DNA of 51,049 bases from Methanobacteriota archaeon (GTDB lineage: Archaea; Thermoplasmatota; Poseidoniia; Poseidoniales; Thalassarchaeaceae): assembly GCA_002731195.1 (NCBI GenBank), contig PCAI01000015.1, positions 7,114 through 58,162 on the forward strand, read 5' to 3'. Position 1 is the first letter of the stretch; each line of letters begins with the position of its first letter. Below, one piece after another: positions 29,337 to 39,592 of the stretch. The translations under genes were made by a program, and so were the position numbers. The notes beneath the pieces were generated by a model. That model searched no databases and was not told where the DNA came from. It saw only the letters and a program-made list of their open reading frames with translations.

Positions 29337-29402
29337 TTTTCATAATATTTGTATTGTCACACCCATATATTCAGTAAGTATTACACTATCGGGAAGTTGA
29401 AA

Positions 29403-30362
29403 ATGATGTCAGACTACATTCAAGATTTCAAATCAAAAATTGATCCAGATACAGTAAAATCTGTATTTCCTGAGATTACAGACTCTGAGACTCCTGTTTG
29501 GCAAGGTTCGCCCTCTTTCTTCTCAATGGCAGATAAATATATTTTGGCAATAATTATTTTTACAACCCACTCAGTTTTCTTCGCTGCAGAACAATTTAAC
29601 TCTCCTGAAGGTGATGGGCAAATGTATTTTATACTGTCTTTAGTAAGATCTTTAATCGATATTTCTGGCACTATGGGTTTTGTATTTGTGATGCTAATCA
29701 TCGCAAAAATAAATCATTATGCAAACTTTTCTACATCTGGGAAATGGACAACCTCTTGGATCATAATTTCTGCCTTGATTCCTCTTATCTGGTATGCTGC
29801 AGATATCTTATCTACCCTTTCTGGTTTAGTTGGTTCTGATTTTGAAAACCCACTCCCTGATTGGAATTATTTTTGGTTTTTACCTTTGGGATTATTCTCA
29901 AGTCTAGTCATGGCTTCACTCACATTTCTATATCAACACGCATTTCACTATGCAATTACTGACAAAAGAATACATATACGTAAGAGTTTCTTATTCATTG
30001 ATACTAGTGTCCACGGAATCTCTTTTGATAAAATAGAAAATTTAAAAGCAAACCCTCCAATTATTGGTAGAATTTTAGGCTATGGCAATGTCCATATTTT
30101 GACTGCATCAGGACTTGGAATTCAACAAGAATCTCTTGATACGGGAATAGGGATACCTGAAGAATTAACCTCATCTAAGGCCAAAAAAACACCTCTATCA
30201 GTTTTTGCATGGGTGTCAAAACAACGTCGTAGGTCGTCAGTCGCACAAGATCCTTCGGATTGCTTGTATGGCATCAAGAGCCCAATGAAAATATATCGTT
30301 TAATTAATGAATTGATGGATACAAATAGTAATTCATCTGGAAATAATTCCGATTTAATTTAA
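29403..30362 (+). CDS. Membrane protein with bacterial PH (bPH_2/DUF304) domain
   Basis: 4 TM helices followed by Y.ITDKRI.I...I..I.....IIGRILGYGNV.I.TA. Confidence 0.78.
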   Translation: MMSDYIQDFKSKIDPDTVKSVFPEITDSETPVWQGSPSFFSMADKYILAIIIFTTHSVFFAAEQFNSPEGDGQMYFILSLVRSLIDISGTMGFVFVMLIIAKINHYANFSTSGKWTTSWIIISALIPLIWYAADILSTLSGLVGSDFENPLPDWNYFWFLPLGLFSSLVMASLTFLYQHAFHYAITDKRIHIRKSFLFIDTSVHGISFDKIENLKANPPIIGRILGYGNVHILTASGLGIQQESLDTGIGIPEELTSSKAKKTPLSVFAWVSKQRRRSSVAQDPSDCLYGIKSPMKIYRLINELMDTNSNSSGNNSDLI

Positions 30363-30421
30363 ATAAACAAACGTATCTTTCATAACCTCATGGCTTCTGA
30401 CGAGTCCCGTAGGTGACTAAA

Positions 30422-30970
30422 ATGTCCGAAGACGATATCTTAACTAACGCAGCACAAAGTATTACATCAGGAAATTTTATGGGGGCAATGGAGATTTTTG
30501 AATCTTTTATTTCTGCAAATCCTAATGACCCAGCAGGTTATCATGGTTGGGCTGAAGCAGCAATGTTTGAAATCCAAGAAAACGGCAACATGGACGACAA
30601 AGGAAATGACATAATTAATGAAGGAAAAATACAATCTTATCTCAGAAAAGCCGCAGGATTGGATTCAGACAACGCTGAATATTTAGCATCTTATGCTAAT
30701 GCTCTGATCGAATTCGATAGAGTTCCGATGGCAATCAGAGAATTTCAGAAACTAAGGGCTTTAGGAGAGAAATCAGAAGAAGTGGATGTTTCCTTTCATC
30801 TTTACGAGGCCGCTAGGATGTTAATCGATTCAATAAATCTGAAGACAAATTTTGATAGGAGTGAGAAATTTGCACAACAATACACGCCTATAGCAATAGA
30901 ATTTGCTATTGTTGGCCTAGGTTTCTCTTCAGTAGAAGAAGCCATGGAATATATGGCAACCGAGGAATAA
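30422..30970 (+). CDS. TPR-like acidic helical protein
   Basis: TPR-like spacing (A...F...I..NPND..GY; KA..LD.DNAEY..YA..L). Confidence 0.6.
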   Translation: MSEDDILTNAAQSITSGNFMGAMEIFESFISANPNDPAGYHGWAEAAMFEIQENGNMDDKGNDIINEGKIQSYLRKAAGLDSDNAEYLASYANALIEFDRVPMAIREFQKLRALGEKSEEVDVSFHLYEAARMLIDSINLKTNFDRSEKFAQQYTPIAIEFAIVGLGFSSVEEAMEYMATEE

Positions 30971-30984
30971 GGGAGGAAATTAAC

Positions 30985-31863
30985 TTGCCTAGCGGCAGGG
31001 TGATAGTTGCTTTTGGATACCATGGTGATTGTTTCCATGGTTCTCAAATACAACCAGATATAAGGACTGTAGAAGGATCTCTTCAAAAAGCATTGAAGAA
31101 ATTAACTTGGTGGTCTGAAGGCTGTTTGGAGATTTGTAGTAGGACGGATGCTGGCGTAAGTGTGCGTATGAATTTAGCATGCATTACACTGCCCAAGTCA
31201 TTAATTAAGCAAGTACCTCCCAAATCTATGTTAAGGGCAATAAATGATAATCTCCCTACTGGTATGGTGATGTGGCATGTCCAAGAAGTACCTCTCAATA
31301 CAAGGTCCAGAAAGGCTAATTATAGACACTATTTATATCGACTAGAAGCAGTAGATGATTGGCCATATTTTCCAGAAAAAAACCTCATTGAAGAAGCATG
31401 TTCTGCTATACAAGGTAGGCATGATTTTACTAATTTATGTAAGATTGAAGGGGACATAAATCCTATTAGAATTATAGACGAATGTTCTCCATGGGTGGAT
31501 TCTTCAGGTAAGATTATCGGAATATCAGTAAAAGCAAGAGCTTTTTTATGGAATCAAGTAAGAAGAATAGCTTCTGCAGTTTCAGGAGTCGTATCTGGTA
31601 GGATAACTTTAGATGATTTAATTTCTGCTCTTGAGAATCCAGATGTACCTGTTGATCTGGGTAGGGCTAACTCAGATGGGCTAATTCTCTGGTCTATTTC
31701 TCATGATGAAATAGATGGCAAGGTTAACTCTATAATCCCTGAAATAAATTTCACCAAAAGGCCGGAAGATACTCGTGAGTACGTACGATGGCTCTCTTTG
31801 ATGAGGCATGAAATGGCCGCCTTTCTTGAAAGAGAATGGTTAATACGACTCAAATTAGAGTGA
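30985..31863 (+). CDS. truA: tRNA pseudouridine synthase A
   Basis: Y.G..F.GSQ.QP..RTVEG, SRTDAGVS, R.Y.Y, G.HDF.N and FLWNQVRRI motifs; TTG start after GGAGG. Confidence 0.92.
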   Translation: MPSGRVIVAFGYHGDCFHGSQIQPDIRTVEGSLQKALKKLTWWSEGCLEICSRTDAGVSVRMNLACITLPKSLIKQVPPKSMLRAINDNLPTGMVMWHVQEVPLNTRSRKANYRHYLYRLEAVDDWPYFPEKNLIEEACSAIQGRHDFTNLCKIEGDINPIRIIDECSPWVDSSGKIIGISVKARAFLWNQVRRIASAVSGVVSGRITLDDLISALENPDVPVDLGRANSDGLILWSISHDEIDGKVNSIIPEINFTKRPEDTREYVRWLSLMRHEMAAFLEREWLIRLKLE

Positions 31864-32284
31864 TGAAAACTAAATCCCCATTATTACATGGCATTATTTC
31901 CCGTAAAAATGATTTAGATATTATTTCTGCAGTTTTTACATGTCTTGTCAGATCCGGGATTAGTATAGCACATTCTATCCAGTTCTTCTCGTCTTTCGAG
32001 ATTTTCGCCTTGAATGCTGTCGCACCTCCAAATGATTTACCTTCTCTTTCAAAACCTTGAATTCTCAAAGCTTTATCGGAATCAGATACTTTTCCTTCAT
32101 CCAACCCAGAAATTATTCTTAATCTATTATAATTATTAATACAACTTTCGACCAAGTCTACATTCAATGTACCTGGCCATGCACTACTCTCTAATATTCT
32201 CTTGAATTGGTCCTGATAATGCTTTTGCGCCATAAAAATATGTGCACGTCCTAGGCCACTAGATACCGCGCCTTGCAGTTTCAT
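31850..32284 (-). CDS. ribK: CTP-dependent riboflavin kinase (no HTH domain)
   Basis: G.V.SGLG....F....Y..QF, PGTLNV, GF....SFG and P..T.H....EII motifs. Confidence 0.9.
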   Translation of the reverse strand: MKLQGAVSSGLGRAHIFMAQKHYQDQFKRILESSAWPGTLNVDLVESCINNYNRLRIISGLDEGKVSDSDKALRIQGFEREGKSFGGATAFKAKISKDEKNWIECAILIPDLTRHVKTAEIISKSFLREIMPCNNGDLVFITLI

Positions 32285-32328
32285 ATACCTGTCCAGAAAA
32301 CCACGTTCTTAAGGTTCGGCATTTCTTA

Positions 32329-33207
32329 CTAAAGAGTAAATACTTGCCCATCCTTTGCTATCTGCCATTCTAAAACTTCTACTATTTGACATTCTTTTGA
32401 ATATATGTCTGTCACCGGGTTAGTATGATTTAGGTGGAAAAACAGTATTTCAGGATCGTTAATATTTTTTTTCCCTAACATCTCTATGGTCTTAGATATA
32501 GGAGGATGAGGGACTTTTAACATATCCCTATCTATCAATTCTTGAGAATCCCAAAACGTTCCATCTATCAAAGCATAGTTGATTTGCATATCAGTAAACC
32601 ATTGCCTAATTGTTTCTTTCTTATATTCACTCAAAGTTTCTTCCCAACTATCGTGATCTGGTAAAAATAATAGTGTTTTATTCGGCCCATGTATCAATAT
32701 AGCATGAGTATCTGCTTCTTCATCTCTATGTGGTACTTTGATAAATTCTAATTCAAAACCACATGTATAACTTGGCGAAAATGCCCTTCCACTTTTTACT
32801 ACATTACATCTAAAAGCAGATACAACATTCCTATTCTCTAATACTTCTATGGTTTTTTTGCTGGCAAATAGTGGTAAATCTTTGGAATTCATTACTTCTT
32901 TTCCAAATTGACCTAAACCATCTACGTGCCCTAAGTGTACATGTGTTATGGAAACCGTTTCTGGTTTCTCTATATTCTCCAAATTCATTTTTTCTGACCA
33001 TAGTTTTAGTTGTTCAGATAGGTTCCTTCCTGCTTCTATTAAGTGAAAGCTCCCATCAACACCTTTTATTCCACAGCATACTGGATTTCTTTTTAATTTG
33101 TAATTCTCATGAGCTGCGGTACAATTTTTACAAGAACAACCAGCTTGTGGAATTCCTCCATCCTGTGCAGTTCCGAGAATCACTACTTCTACTCCTTCTC
33201 TGGACAT
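32329..33207 (-). CDS. PqqB-like metallo-beta-lactamase-fold hydrolase
   Basis: LGTAQDGG.PQ.GCSCKNC, THVHLGH, VPHRDE, DGTF, PHP and HLNHTNP motifs. Confidence 0.8.
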   Translation of the reverse strand: MSREGVEVVILGTAQDGGIPQAGCSCKNCTAAHENYKLKRNPVCCGIKGVDGSFHLIEAGRNLSEQLKLWSEKMNLENIEKPETVSITHVHLGHVDGLGQFGKEVMNSKDLPLFASKKTIEVLENRNVVSAFRCNVVKSGRAFSPSYTCGFELEFIKVPHRDEEADTHAILIHGPNKTLLFLPDHDSWEETLSEYKKETIRQWFTDMQINYALIDGTFWDSQELIDRDMLKVPHPPISKTIEMLGKKNINDPEILFFHLNHTNPVTDIYSKECQIVEVLEWQIAKDGQVFTL

Positions 33208-33301
33208 ATTGATTGCAAAAACAATTACAGAATTAAGTATATGTATTATTTTTGTTAAAATTATCCGATGTATCAATGAACCATGTCCCTTGGTGGGATG
33301 C

Positions 33302-34480
33302 ATGGCAGCCGACATGTCGTGGATGCGCGAAAGATATGAGTACCTTCAATCACAAGGTTTAGACTGGAATCCTCCAACATTAGAATCAGCCAGTGAACCT
33401 AGGTGTATCATGGATGGAAAAGAGATAATAATGCTGTCCGCTAACAATTATCTCAATCTTACTACTCACCCCAAAGTTGTTCAAGCCTCGATTGAAGCCA
33501 CAATGAAGTACGGTGCGGGATCGGGTTCTGTTAGAGCCATTGCAGGGACATTGGATCTTCATCTACAGGCAGAAAAGGTATGTGCCGAATTTAAAGAAGT
33601 TGAAGCAGCATTAATTTATTCTGCAGGTTACACCGTTAATGTAGGGCTAATACCTACTCTTGTAAATGGATCTAATGATCTCATAATTTCAGATGAATTG
33701 AATCATGGTTCAATAATTGATGGAGTTAGATTGACTAAAGCTTCCAGAGCAGTATATTCACACAATGATATGGGTGAACTTGAAAATATACTCAATAATA
33801 ACAAAAATTCTGAGAGAAAATTAATCATAACTGATGGCGTTTTTAGTATGGATGGCGATATCGCACCTCTTGACGAAATAACCAAACTTGGAGAAGAACA
33901 TGATGCTATGATATTTGTTGACGATTGTCACGGTGAAGGAGTTCTTGGAGGAGGAAAAGGCATTGTCTCACACTTCGGATTACAAGGTAGAGTAAATTTT
34001 GAAGTCGGCTCATATTCTAAGGCGTTAGGTGTACAAGGAGGAATTTTGGCAGGTAGTGAAGAAGTCAGAAGACACGCCCTTAATCATAGTCGTTCTTGGC
34101 TCCTATCGGGCAGTCAACCACCTGCAGTAGCAGCGGCGCAAAAAGCATCCATAGAAGTTCTCATGACCGAACCTGAGCATGTTCAGAAACTGTGGGATAA
34201 TACTAATTATTTCAGAAAAAAACTTCAATCTCTCGGCTTTGATACTGGGGCTAGTGAAACTCCAATCATTCCTGTGATGTGCGGAGAAAGTAAGAAAGCT
34301 CAAGAAATGTCTAGAGAACTGCGAAATGAAGGAGTAATGGTTGGCGCTATTGTTTTCCCAATGGTCGCTGCAGATAAAGCAAGAGTTCGGGCACAAATGT
34401 CCGCTGGACTAAACCGTGAAGATATTGATTTAGTATTATCGGCATTTGAGAATTGTGGTAAAAAAATAGGGCTAATATAG
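33302..34480 (+). CDS. kbl: Glycine C-acetyltransferase (2-amino-3-ketobutyrate CoA ligase; AON-synthase family)
   Basis: SANNYL, GAGSGSVR.I.GT, SDELNHGSIIDG.RL, TDGVFSMDGD, DDCHG.G, SKALG and AR.R.QMSA motifs. Confidence 0.85.
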   Translation: MAADMSWMRERYEYLQSQGLDWNPPTLESASEPRCIMDGKEIIMLSANNYLNLTTHPKVVQASIEATMKYGAGSGSVRAIAGTLDLHLQAEKVCAEFKEVEAALIYSAGYTVNVGLIPTLVNGSNDLIISDELNHGSIIDGVRLTKASRAVYSHNDMGELENILNNNKNSERKLIITDGVFSMDGDIAPLDEITKLGEEHDAMIFVDDCHGEGVLGGGKGIVSHFGLQGRVNFEVGSYSKALGVQGGILAGSEEVRRHALNHSRSWLLSGSQPPAVAAAQKASIEVLMTEPEHVQKLWDNTNYFRKKLQSLGFDTGASETPIIPVMCGESKKAQEMSRELRNEGVMVGAIVFPMVAADKARVRAQMSAGLNREDIDLVLSAFENCGKKIGLI

Positions 34481-34495
34481 TTTTTTTAACTTTTT
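34481..34495 (+). terminator. Oligo-T tract, possible archaeal terminator
   Basis: TTTTTTTAACTTTTT immediately after the kbl stop codon. Confidence 0.4.
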
Positions 34496-34570
34496 AAAAT
34501 TGCCAATCACATATATACATCAGCGGAGAAGTTATCACTATCTCTCTTTCAGATATGAATCTGAGATTAC

Positions 34571-35737
34571 ATGCCCGAGGAAGAGGAACTATTCACAATC
34601 ACTACTAAGCATCTCAATTCAGGTATGAGAGGGATACCAGTAGGGACATGCCAAACATCGTATGTTGATCCTCTTGAAGGTGTCCATTATGTTGGATATC
34701 CAGTTGGCGATTTAGCTAATATGGAAGAAGAAGACGTAGTTTTCCTTTTACTCAATAAGCATCTACCTACATCTGAGGAATCAATTGCGTTCCGAAAAGA
34801 ACTTACTCATAGAGCAGAAGAAATGCCAACTGGTGCATTAAGGGTCTTGGAATCTTTAACTCCTGGAAGTGGACATCCTATGGATTGGCTTTCTATAGGG
34901 ATAATGGCATTAGGAGCTGCTGAAACTACGGGAGATTCCAGAATAGACTCTATAAATTTAATAGCCAGAATGCCAGAACTAATGGCACGCATTTTCTTAC
35001 TTAGAGGCGGTAAAAAAGAATCATTACGGCCACGTAAACCGGAACTAGGTTTAGTTGAGAACTTTGTCCATATGCTTGGAATAGATGGCCCAGAGGCAGA
35101 AAAGATGACTCGTGTACTAAAATTCTTTTTCATATTACACATGGACCATGGAGGAGGCAATCTATCTACCTTCTCAGGTAAAGCAGTTGCTTCAGGAAAA
35201 GCTTCGGTTTACGCTTCTTTAGCGAGTGCCATGAATGCGTTATCAGGGCCACTACATGGTAGGGCCAACCAATCCTGTCTAGAATTTGTTCAACGAATTG
35301 GTACTTCAGATCATTCTGAAATAGAAAAATTTGTTCGTTCAGAATTAGCTGCGCGTAGGCCAATTTACGGGTTTGGGCACGGAGTGCTTAGGGCCGAAGA
35401 TCCACGTGCTAGACTTTTGATAGAGTTGGGCCAAAAAGTCTGCCCGGATGATTCAAATTTTAAAATAGCCAAAGCACTTCGGGAAATTGTTCCGGATATA
35501 TTAAAAGAAATACCAAAAATAAGTAATCCATATCCAAATGTAGACCTAGCAAGTGGTAGTTTATTACATTCAGTTGGATTTAGGAAACCAGACTATTATA
35601 CTACATTTTTTGGATGGGCCCGTGTTGCTGGAATTTGTGCACAAATAATGGATGAAAGAAATTCCCGAGATGGACGAGGGACTCCTATATATAGGCCGAA
35701 ATATATAGCCGAGAATCAGCCGAAAAAGAGACTCTAG
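34571..35737 (+). CDS. gltA: Citrate synthase
   Basis: HPM, H.DH.GGN.S, GPLHGRANQ, GFGHGVLR.EDPR, PNVD and PI.RP motifs. Confidence 0.93.
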   Translation: MPEEEELFTITTKHLNSGMRGIPVGTCQTSYVDPLEGVHYVGYPVGDLANMEEEDVVFLLLNKHLPTSEESIAFRKELTHRAEEMPTGALRVLESLTPGSGHPMDWLSIGIMALGAAETTGDSRIDSINLIARMPELMARIFLLRGGKKESLRPRKPELGLVENFVHMLGIDGPEAEKMTRVLKFFFILHMDHGGGNLSTFSGKAVASGKASVYASLASAMNALSGPLHGRANQSCLEFVQRIGTSDHSEIEKFVRSELAARRPIYGFGHGVLRAEDPRARLLIELGQKVCPDDSNFKIAKALREIVPDILKEIPKISNPYPNVDLASGSLLHSVGFRKPDYYTTFFGWARVAGICAQIMDERNSRDGRGTPIYRPKYIAENQPKKRL

Positions 35738-35738
35738 A

Positions 35739-36866
35739 TTATTTACTATGGGTTTTTCCAGTCCCTCTATGCCCGATTATTCTAGATACTTCCCATGGCA
35801 TATTAGTCGCCTTTGTTTCTTTTAGTATAGTTTCAATATCTCTCTCCCATGACCACTTCTTACTCCAATTAGTTACAAAAGATTCTCTCTCACTATTTGT
35901 TAACTCATGCCACGGAGTTATTTCATTTTTGAACTCTGAGATTATAGATTCATGTTCTATTTCTGGAGTATTGTCCAATTCCTCTCTCTTCTCATCGGTT
36001 AGGGGTTGTGTTGCTGGTTTCGTCCAACGTGCATGTCCTGTAACCAAGGTTACCATATTCGGAGATAAATCATCAGTTATGCCAGTAAGTCCTGCATCCA
36101 AGATTAATCTTTCATATTTCGACTCACAAGGCCAAACATAAATCGGATATCCTCTTCTATATTTATTTAATCTTTCAAGTTTTTTACCTTTTAGCCCTAC
36201 AGTTAAGCCCATATTAATCCTACTTTCAATGCCTTTAAGATATTGCATGGAGCAAGGCAGCATGGGCGATCCCTCTCTCCTTTGTTTATCCATCAACCTA
36301 GGAAGTGAATTAGATAAAAAAGAGGGTGCAGCAACTATTCTTTGTGTTTTCCAAGTACCCCATTGCCTCAGATATGGTCTTATTCTACTAAATTTAAATT
36401 TACTTTTTGTTTTTTTTGCTGCAGATATTATTTTTGGTTCAAATGAATAGACTACCGTGCCACTTTCTCCTAAATCTATCGGCTCCAATACTTCTTCTAG
36501 ATTTTGTATCATTTTAATCATATGCTTTTCTCTAGATTCTCCTCCAAACCATCCTCCTGCCTTTCCACTAGATGGATGCGGAGGTTTCAATTCTATGCAA
36601 GAAAATGCTCCTTCTTCAGTCCATCTTCTTACAAAATTATTATTTTCTAATAACTCATCTAGTGTTTCAACATATTCTGGTAATTCTTCCATTATCATTG
36701 ATTCGGGATAATCTCCATATTCTGTTTTTGAGTCGTGGTGGAGGACTAAGCGTTCATCTTCAGTTAATCTAAGGTCAAATTCTACTCCGTCACTAACTTG
36801 CATCCCATGGCATATGGCTTCTATTGTATTCTCCCGGGGCCGCACCCACTCCGCTAAATCTGCCAT
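35739..36866 (-). CDS. Glycerophosphodiester phosphodiesterase family protein, apparently circularly permuted
   Basis: ENT..A, DGVEFDLRLT.D..LVLHHD, IELK, YSF, VW and GITD motifs; the IIGHRG motif is at the extreme C-terminus. Confidence 0.8.
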   Translation of the reverse strand: MADLAEWVRPRENTIEAICHGMQVSDGVEFDLRLTEDERLVLHHDSKTEYGDYPESMIMEELPEYVETLDELLENNNFVRRWTEEGAFSCIELKPPHPSSGKAGGWFGGESREKHMIKMIQNLEEVLEPIDLGESGTVVYSFEPKIISAAKKTKSKFKFSRIRPYLRQWGTWKTQRIVAAPSFLSNSLPRLMDKQRREGSPMLPCSMQYLKGIESRINMGLTVGLKGKKLERLNKYRRGYPIYVWPCESKYERLILDAGLTGITDDLSPNMVTLVTGHARWTKPATQPLTDEKREELDNTPEIEHESIISEFKNEITPWHELTNSERESFVTNWSKKWSWERDIETILKETKATNMPWEVSRIIGHRGTGKTHSK

Positions 36867-36967
36867 GCTCTTTCCGAATTGTATTCGTACATAACTCTCA
36901 TCATTAATTCTTCTGATTAGCCCCAATGATAAAACCCTAGAACATCTCCGAGAGGTTAGGTATTGAC

Positions 36968-38794
36968 ATGTCAGAGACAGTAGAATTAGACCGAGAATCA
37001 AATCCACAAGCAGTTAGGGGTTATGCATATTTTGACTGGGCCAAATCCTCATTTGAGACGAGTGTCACCGTTGCAGTACTTCCTCTTTGGTTTTCTTATT
37101 TATTCTTGAAAGCAAATGGTTTGACTACTACTATAGGTTCGATCGACTTTACCAGCGATGCTATTTGGTCATTTTCTGTTTCCGGTGCAGCATTATTAGT
37201 AGCTCTAGTAAGCCCTTCCTTTGGAGTAATAGCCGATCGTCGAGCAATTAAGATGTGGTGGCTAAGGATATTGACATATGTAGGAGCTGGTGCAACTATA
37301 TTATTGGCAATTGCGCCACTTCTCCCAATTAGCACTCAATGGGTTTGGCTAATGGTTATGTTTGTAATTGCTAATGTCGGTTTAAATGGTTCTAGCGTAT
37401 TTTACAACTCATTATTGCCTCATATGGGGACAGATGATGAAATGGATGCAATTTCCAATAAAGCATTCGCTTACGGTTACTTTGGAGGAGGAATATTATT
37501 ACTCATTCATTTAGTGATGACATTAGTACTTGTTGATTCAGATGGAGAGATGTATTCATGGGTAATCCCCTCAATAATGGCCTCATCTGGATTATGGTGG
37601 TATGGCTTCGCATTATTGACATTCAAGTGGGTTCCCGAACCTCCTATAGAAAATGAAATGGATTCATTATCTATTTTAGACTCTGCAAAGTTAGCTTTCT
37701 CAGAGATTAGAAAAACTCTTAGTGAAGTACCAAAATTTAGGACACTATTTATCTACATGCTAGCATATTTCTTCTTTATTGATGGAATAAATACCGTTAC
37801 TGCATTAGGCGGAATATATGGTCCTGTAGTTCTTGGAATTACTACTACTTTTTTGATGGTTGCTATATTGATGGTTCAGATTGTTGCAGCCCCTTCTGCA
37901 CTCGCTTTTACTAGATTGGCTGAAAAAATAGGTACTAAAAAAGCCCTTACAACATCATTAGTTGGTTGGATAGTGCTCTGTTTTGCTGCATTAGCATTTG
38001 CACCGCTAGAATTAGACTCCCATGATAAGCATGACATTATGTACGAATGGGACGAATCACAAGATCTCTACACAGTTACTGTGTCTAGCTCTGCTCCTAG
38101 TTTAGCACAAAAAATTGAATTTTCCGATTCTGAATTCGATGAGCAAGAGTGGGTAAAAAATTGGGTAGATTACTTCCCCCTAAAACAAGACATATATGTA
38201 ACTGAATATGTTTTATATGACTGGCAATGGCCTGAAAATGAAGAAAAATTTGTAAAATCTATCTCAATTACTTCTACGGAATTGATAGAATCAGGAATAT
38301 TAGCCAGTTTCGACGATACTAGATTTAGCGTTAGTATATTACATGAGGATGGTAGTACATATTCTTCAAACGTAGGTATAGATCACCCTACTAATCTCGG
38401 CGATGGCGTCTTGGACTTTGTACCAGAAAATGCTCGTAAATATGTTTGGGAGCCTTTGGGCTTGGTCGTAGGGGTTCAATTCATAATACTTGGTGCAGCC
38501 ATGGGCTCAGTTCTTGGAGGTTCACAAGGTCTCGCTAGAAGCCTCTTTGGCCAGATGGTGCCAGAAACAAGAAGTGCTGAATTTTTCGGCTTCTTTGGAT
38601 TCTTTGGTAAAGTAGCTGCTTTACTGGGGCCACTTATTTATGGAATTATGACAGTAATGTTTGATAGTAGAGTAGGTATTCTGAGCATTGCAATTCTCAT
38701 TTTAGCAGGCGCAATAATTCTGAGATCTGTGGATGTTGAGCAGGGTAGGTTGGATGCTCAGGCAGAAGATGCTCGAAATCGTAATTTGAATTAA
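36968..38794 (+). CDS. MFS transporter, UMF1/ATG22-like family, with soluble insertion
   Basis: Y.FDWA.S.F.T, G.IAD, FYNS.LP, GY.GG, YF...DG..T and GG.Q.L.RSLF..MVP....AEFFGF motifs; acidic loop of about 150 aa. Confidence 0.88.
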   Translation: MSETVELDRESNPQAVRGYAYFDWAKSSFETSVTVAVLPLWFSYLFLKANGLTTTIGSIDFTSDAIWSFSVSGAALLVALVSPSFGVIADRRAIKMWWLRILTYVGAGATILLAIAPLLPISTQWVWLMVMFVIANVGLNGSSVFYNSLLPHMGTDDEMDAISNKAFAYGYFGGGILLLIHLVMTLVLVDSDGEMYSWVIPSIMASSGLWWYGFALLTFKWVPEPPIENEMDSLSILDSAKLAFSEIRKTLSEVPKFRTLFIYMLAYFFFIDGINTVTALGGIYGPVVLGITTTFLMVAILMVQIVAAPSALAFTRLAEKIGTKKALTTSLVGWIVLCFAALAFAPLELDSHDKHDIMYEWDESQDLYTVTVSSSAPSLAQKIEFSDSEFDEQEWVKNWVDYFPLKQDIYVTEYVLYDWQWPENEEKFVKSISITSTELIESGILASFDDTRFSVSILHEDGSTYSSNVGIDHPTNLGDGVLDFVPENARKYVWEPLGLVVGVQFIILGAAMGSVLGGSQGLARSLFGQMVPETRSAEFFGFFGFFGKVAALLGPLIYGIMTVMFDSRVGILSIAILILAGAIILRSVDVEQGRLDAQAEDARNRNLN

Positions 38795-38800
38795 TTTGTT

Positions 38801-39592
38801 TTATTTAGTAAATACTATCTTATCTACAAATAGAGAAAACTCGAGCAAAATCAACATCGGGCCACCTACTAAGAATAATGAAAGAGGATCGGGAGGAGAA
38901 ATTAGTGCACCAAACAAAAGTGCTGAGAACCACAAAAAACGTCTATTTTCTAGAATAGATTTTCTTCTGACAATTCCTCCTCTAATCAATAATGTAGTCA
39001 CCAAGGGTATTTGAAAACCAATTATCGAAGAAAAATATAATCCAGTTATGAATCCAATCCAAGATTTCAAACGCCAAGTTGAGGATAATCCCGAATCCGT
39101 CGCATCTCGAGACAGATAATCTAGTAGCATTGGTATTAATATCTCATGCGAGTACAATATTCCTATGATTCCTAATGCTAAAGAAATTAGTATTATGATT
39201 ATTATTTTCCCGATTTTAGAATCAAAATTAGTCGTATCTTCTCTTCTAGATTTTTTAATTATTTTGTGACTATTGATGGAAATATCAATTATTAATATAA
39301 ACATAACTAATAAGAAACCAATCTGAGTACCCATTTGAAGCTGCAATAATACTACTTCCATTGGTTGCAAAATAATTATTTGAACATTACTAGGTTTGTA
39401 ACCTTCAGTACTAAGAAACCATTCAATTATCTCTTCACTAATTGGATATCCGATTACAAAGCCCATGGTGAATACAGTCACGAAAGCATATGCCCTGTTT
39501 TGTAAATGCTGAATAAATCCTCTCATCTCTGCGCGAGGTATCATATCTAGATTTTTTTTCTCCATAGTTCTTATTTCACAACCTTTATTCAT
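38801..39592 (-). CDS. tatC: Twin-arginine translocase subunit TatC
   Basis: H...L..R, P.E, FQIP, RR and A.ISPPDP.S...P..L.E motifs; start 39592 (ATGA overlap) or 39565. Confidence 0.88.
   Translation of the reverse strand: MNKGCEIRTMEKKNLDMIPRAEMRGFIQHLQNRAYAFVTVFTMGFVIGYPISEEIIEWFLSTEGYKPSNVQIIILQPMEVVLLQLQMGTQIGFLLVMFILIIDISINSHKIIKKSRREDTTNFDSKIGKIIIIILISLALGIIGILYSHEILIPMLLDYLSRDATDSGLSSTWRLKSWIGFITGLYFSSIIGFQIPLVTTLLIRGGIVRRKSILENRRFLWFSALLFGALISPPDPLSLFLVGGPMLILLEFSLFVDKIVFTK

Noticed and set aside
33207..33315. Apparent head-to-head overlap of the PqqB-like and kbl ORFs (similar cases at moaE and at GDPD/MFS)
   Set aside because: Artefact of longest-ORF starts; the downstream ATGs remove the overlaps
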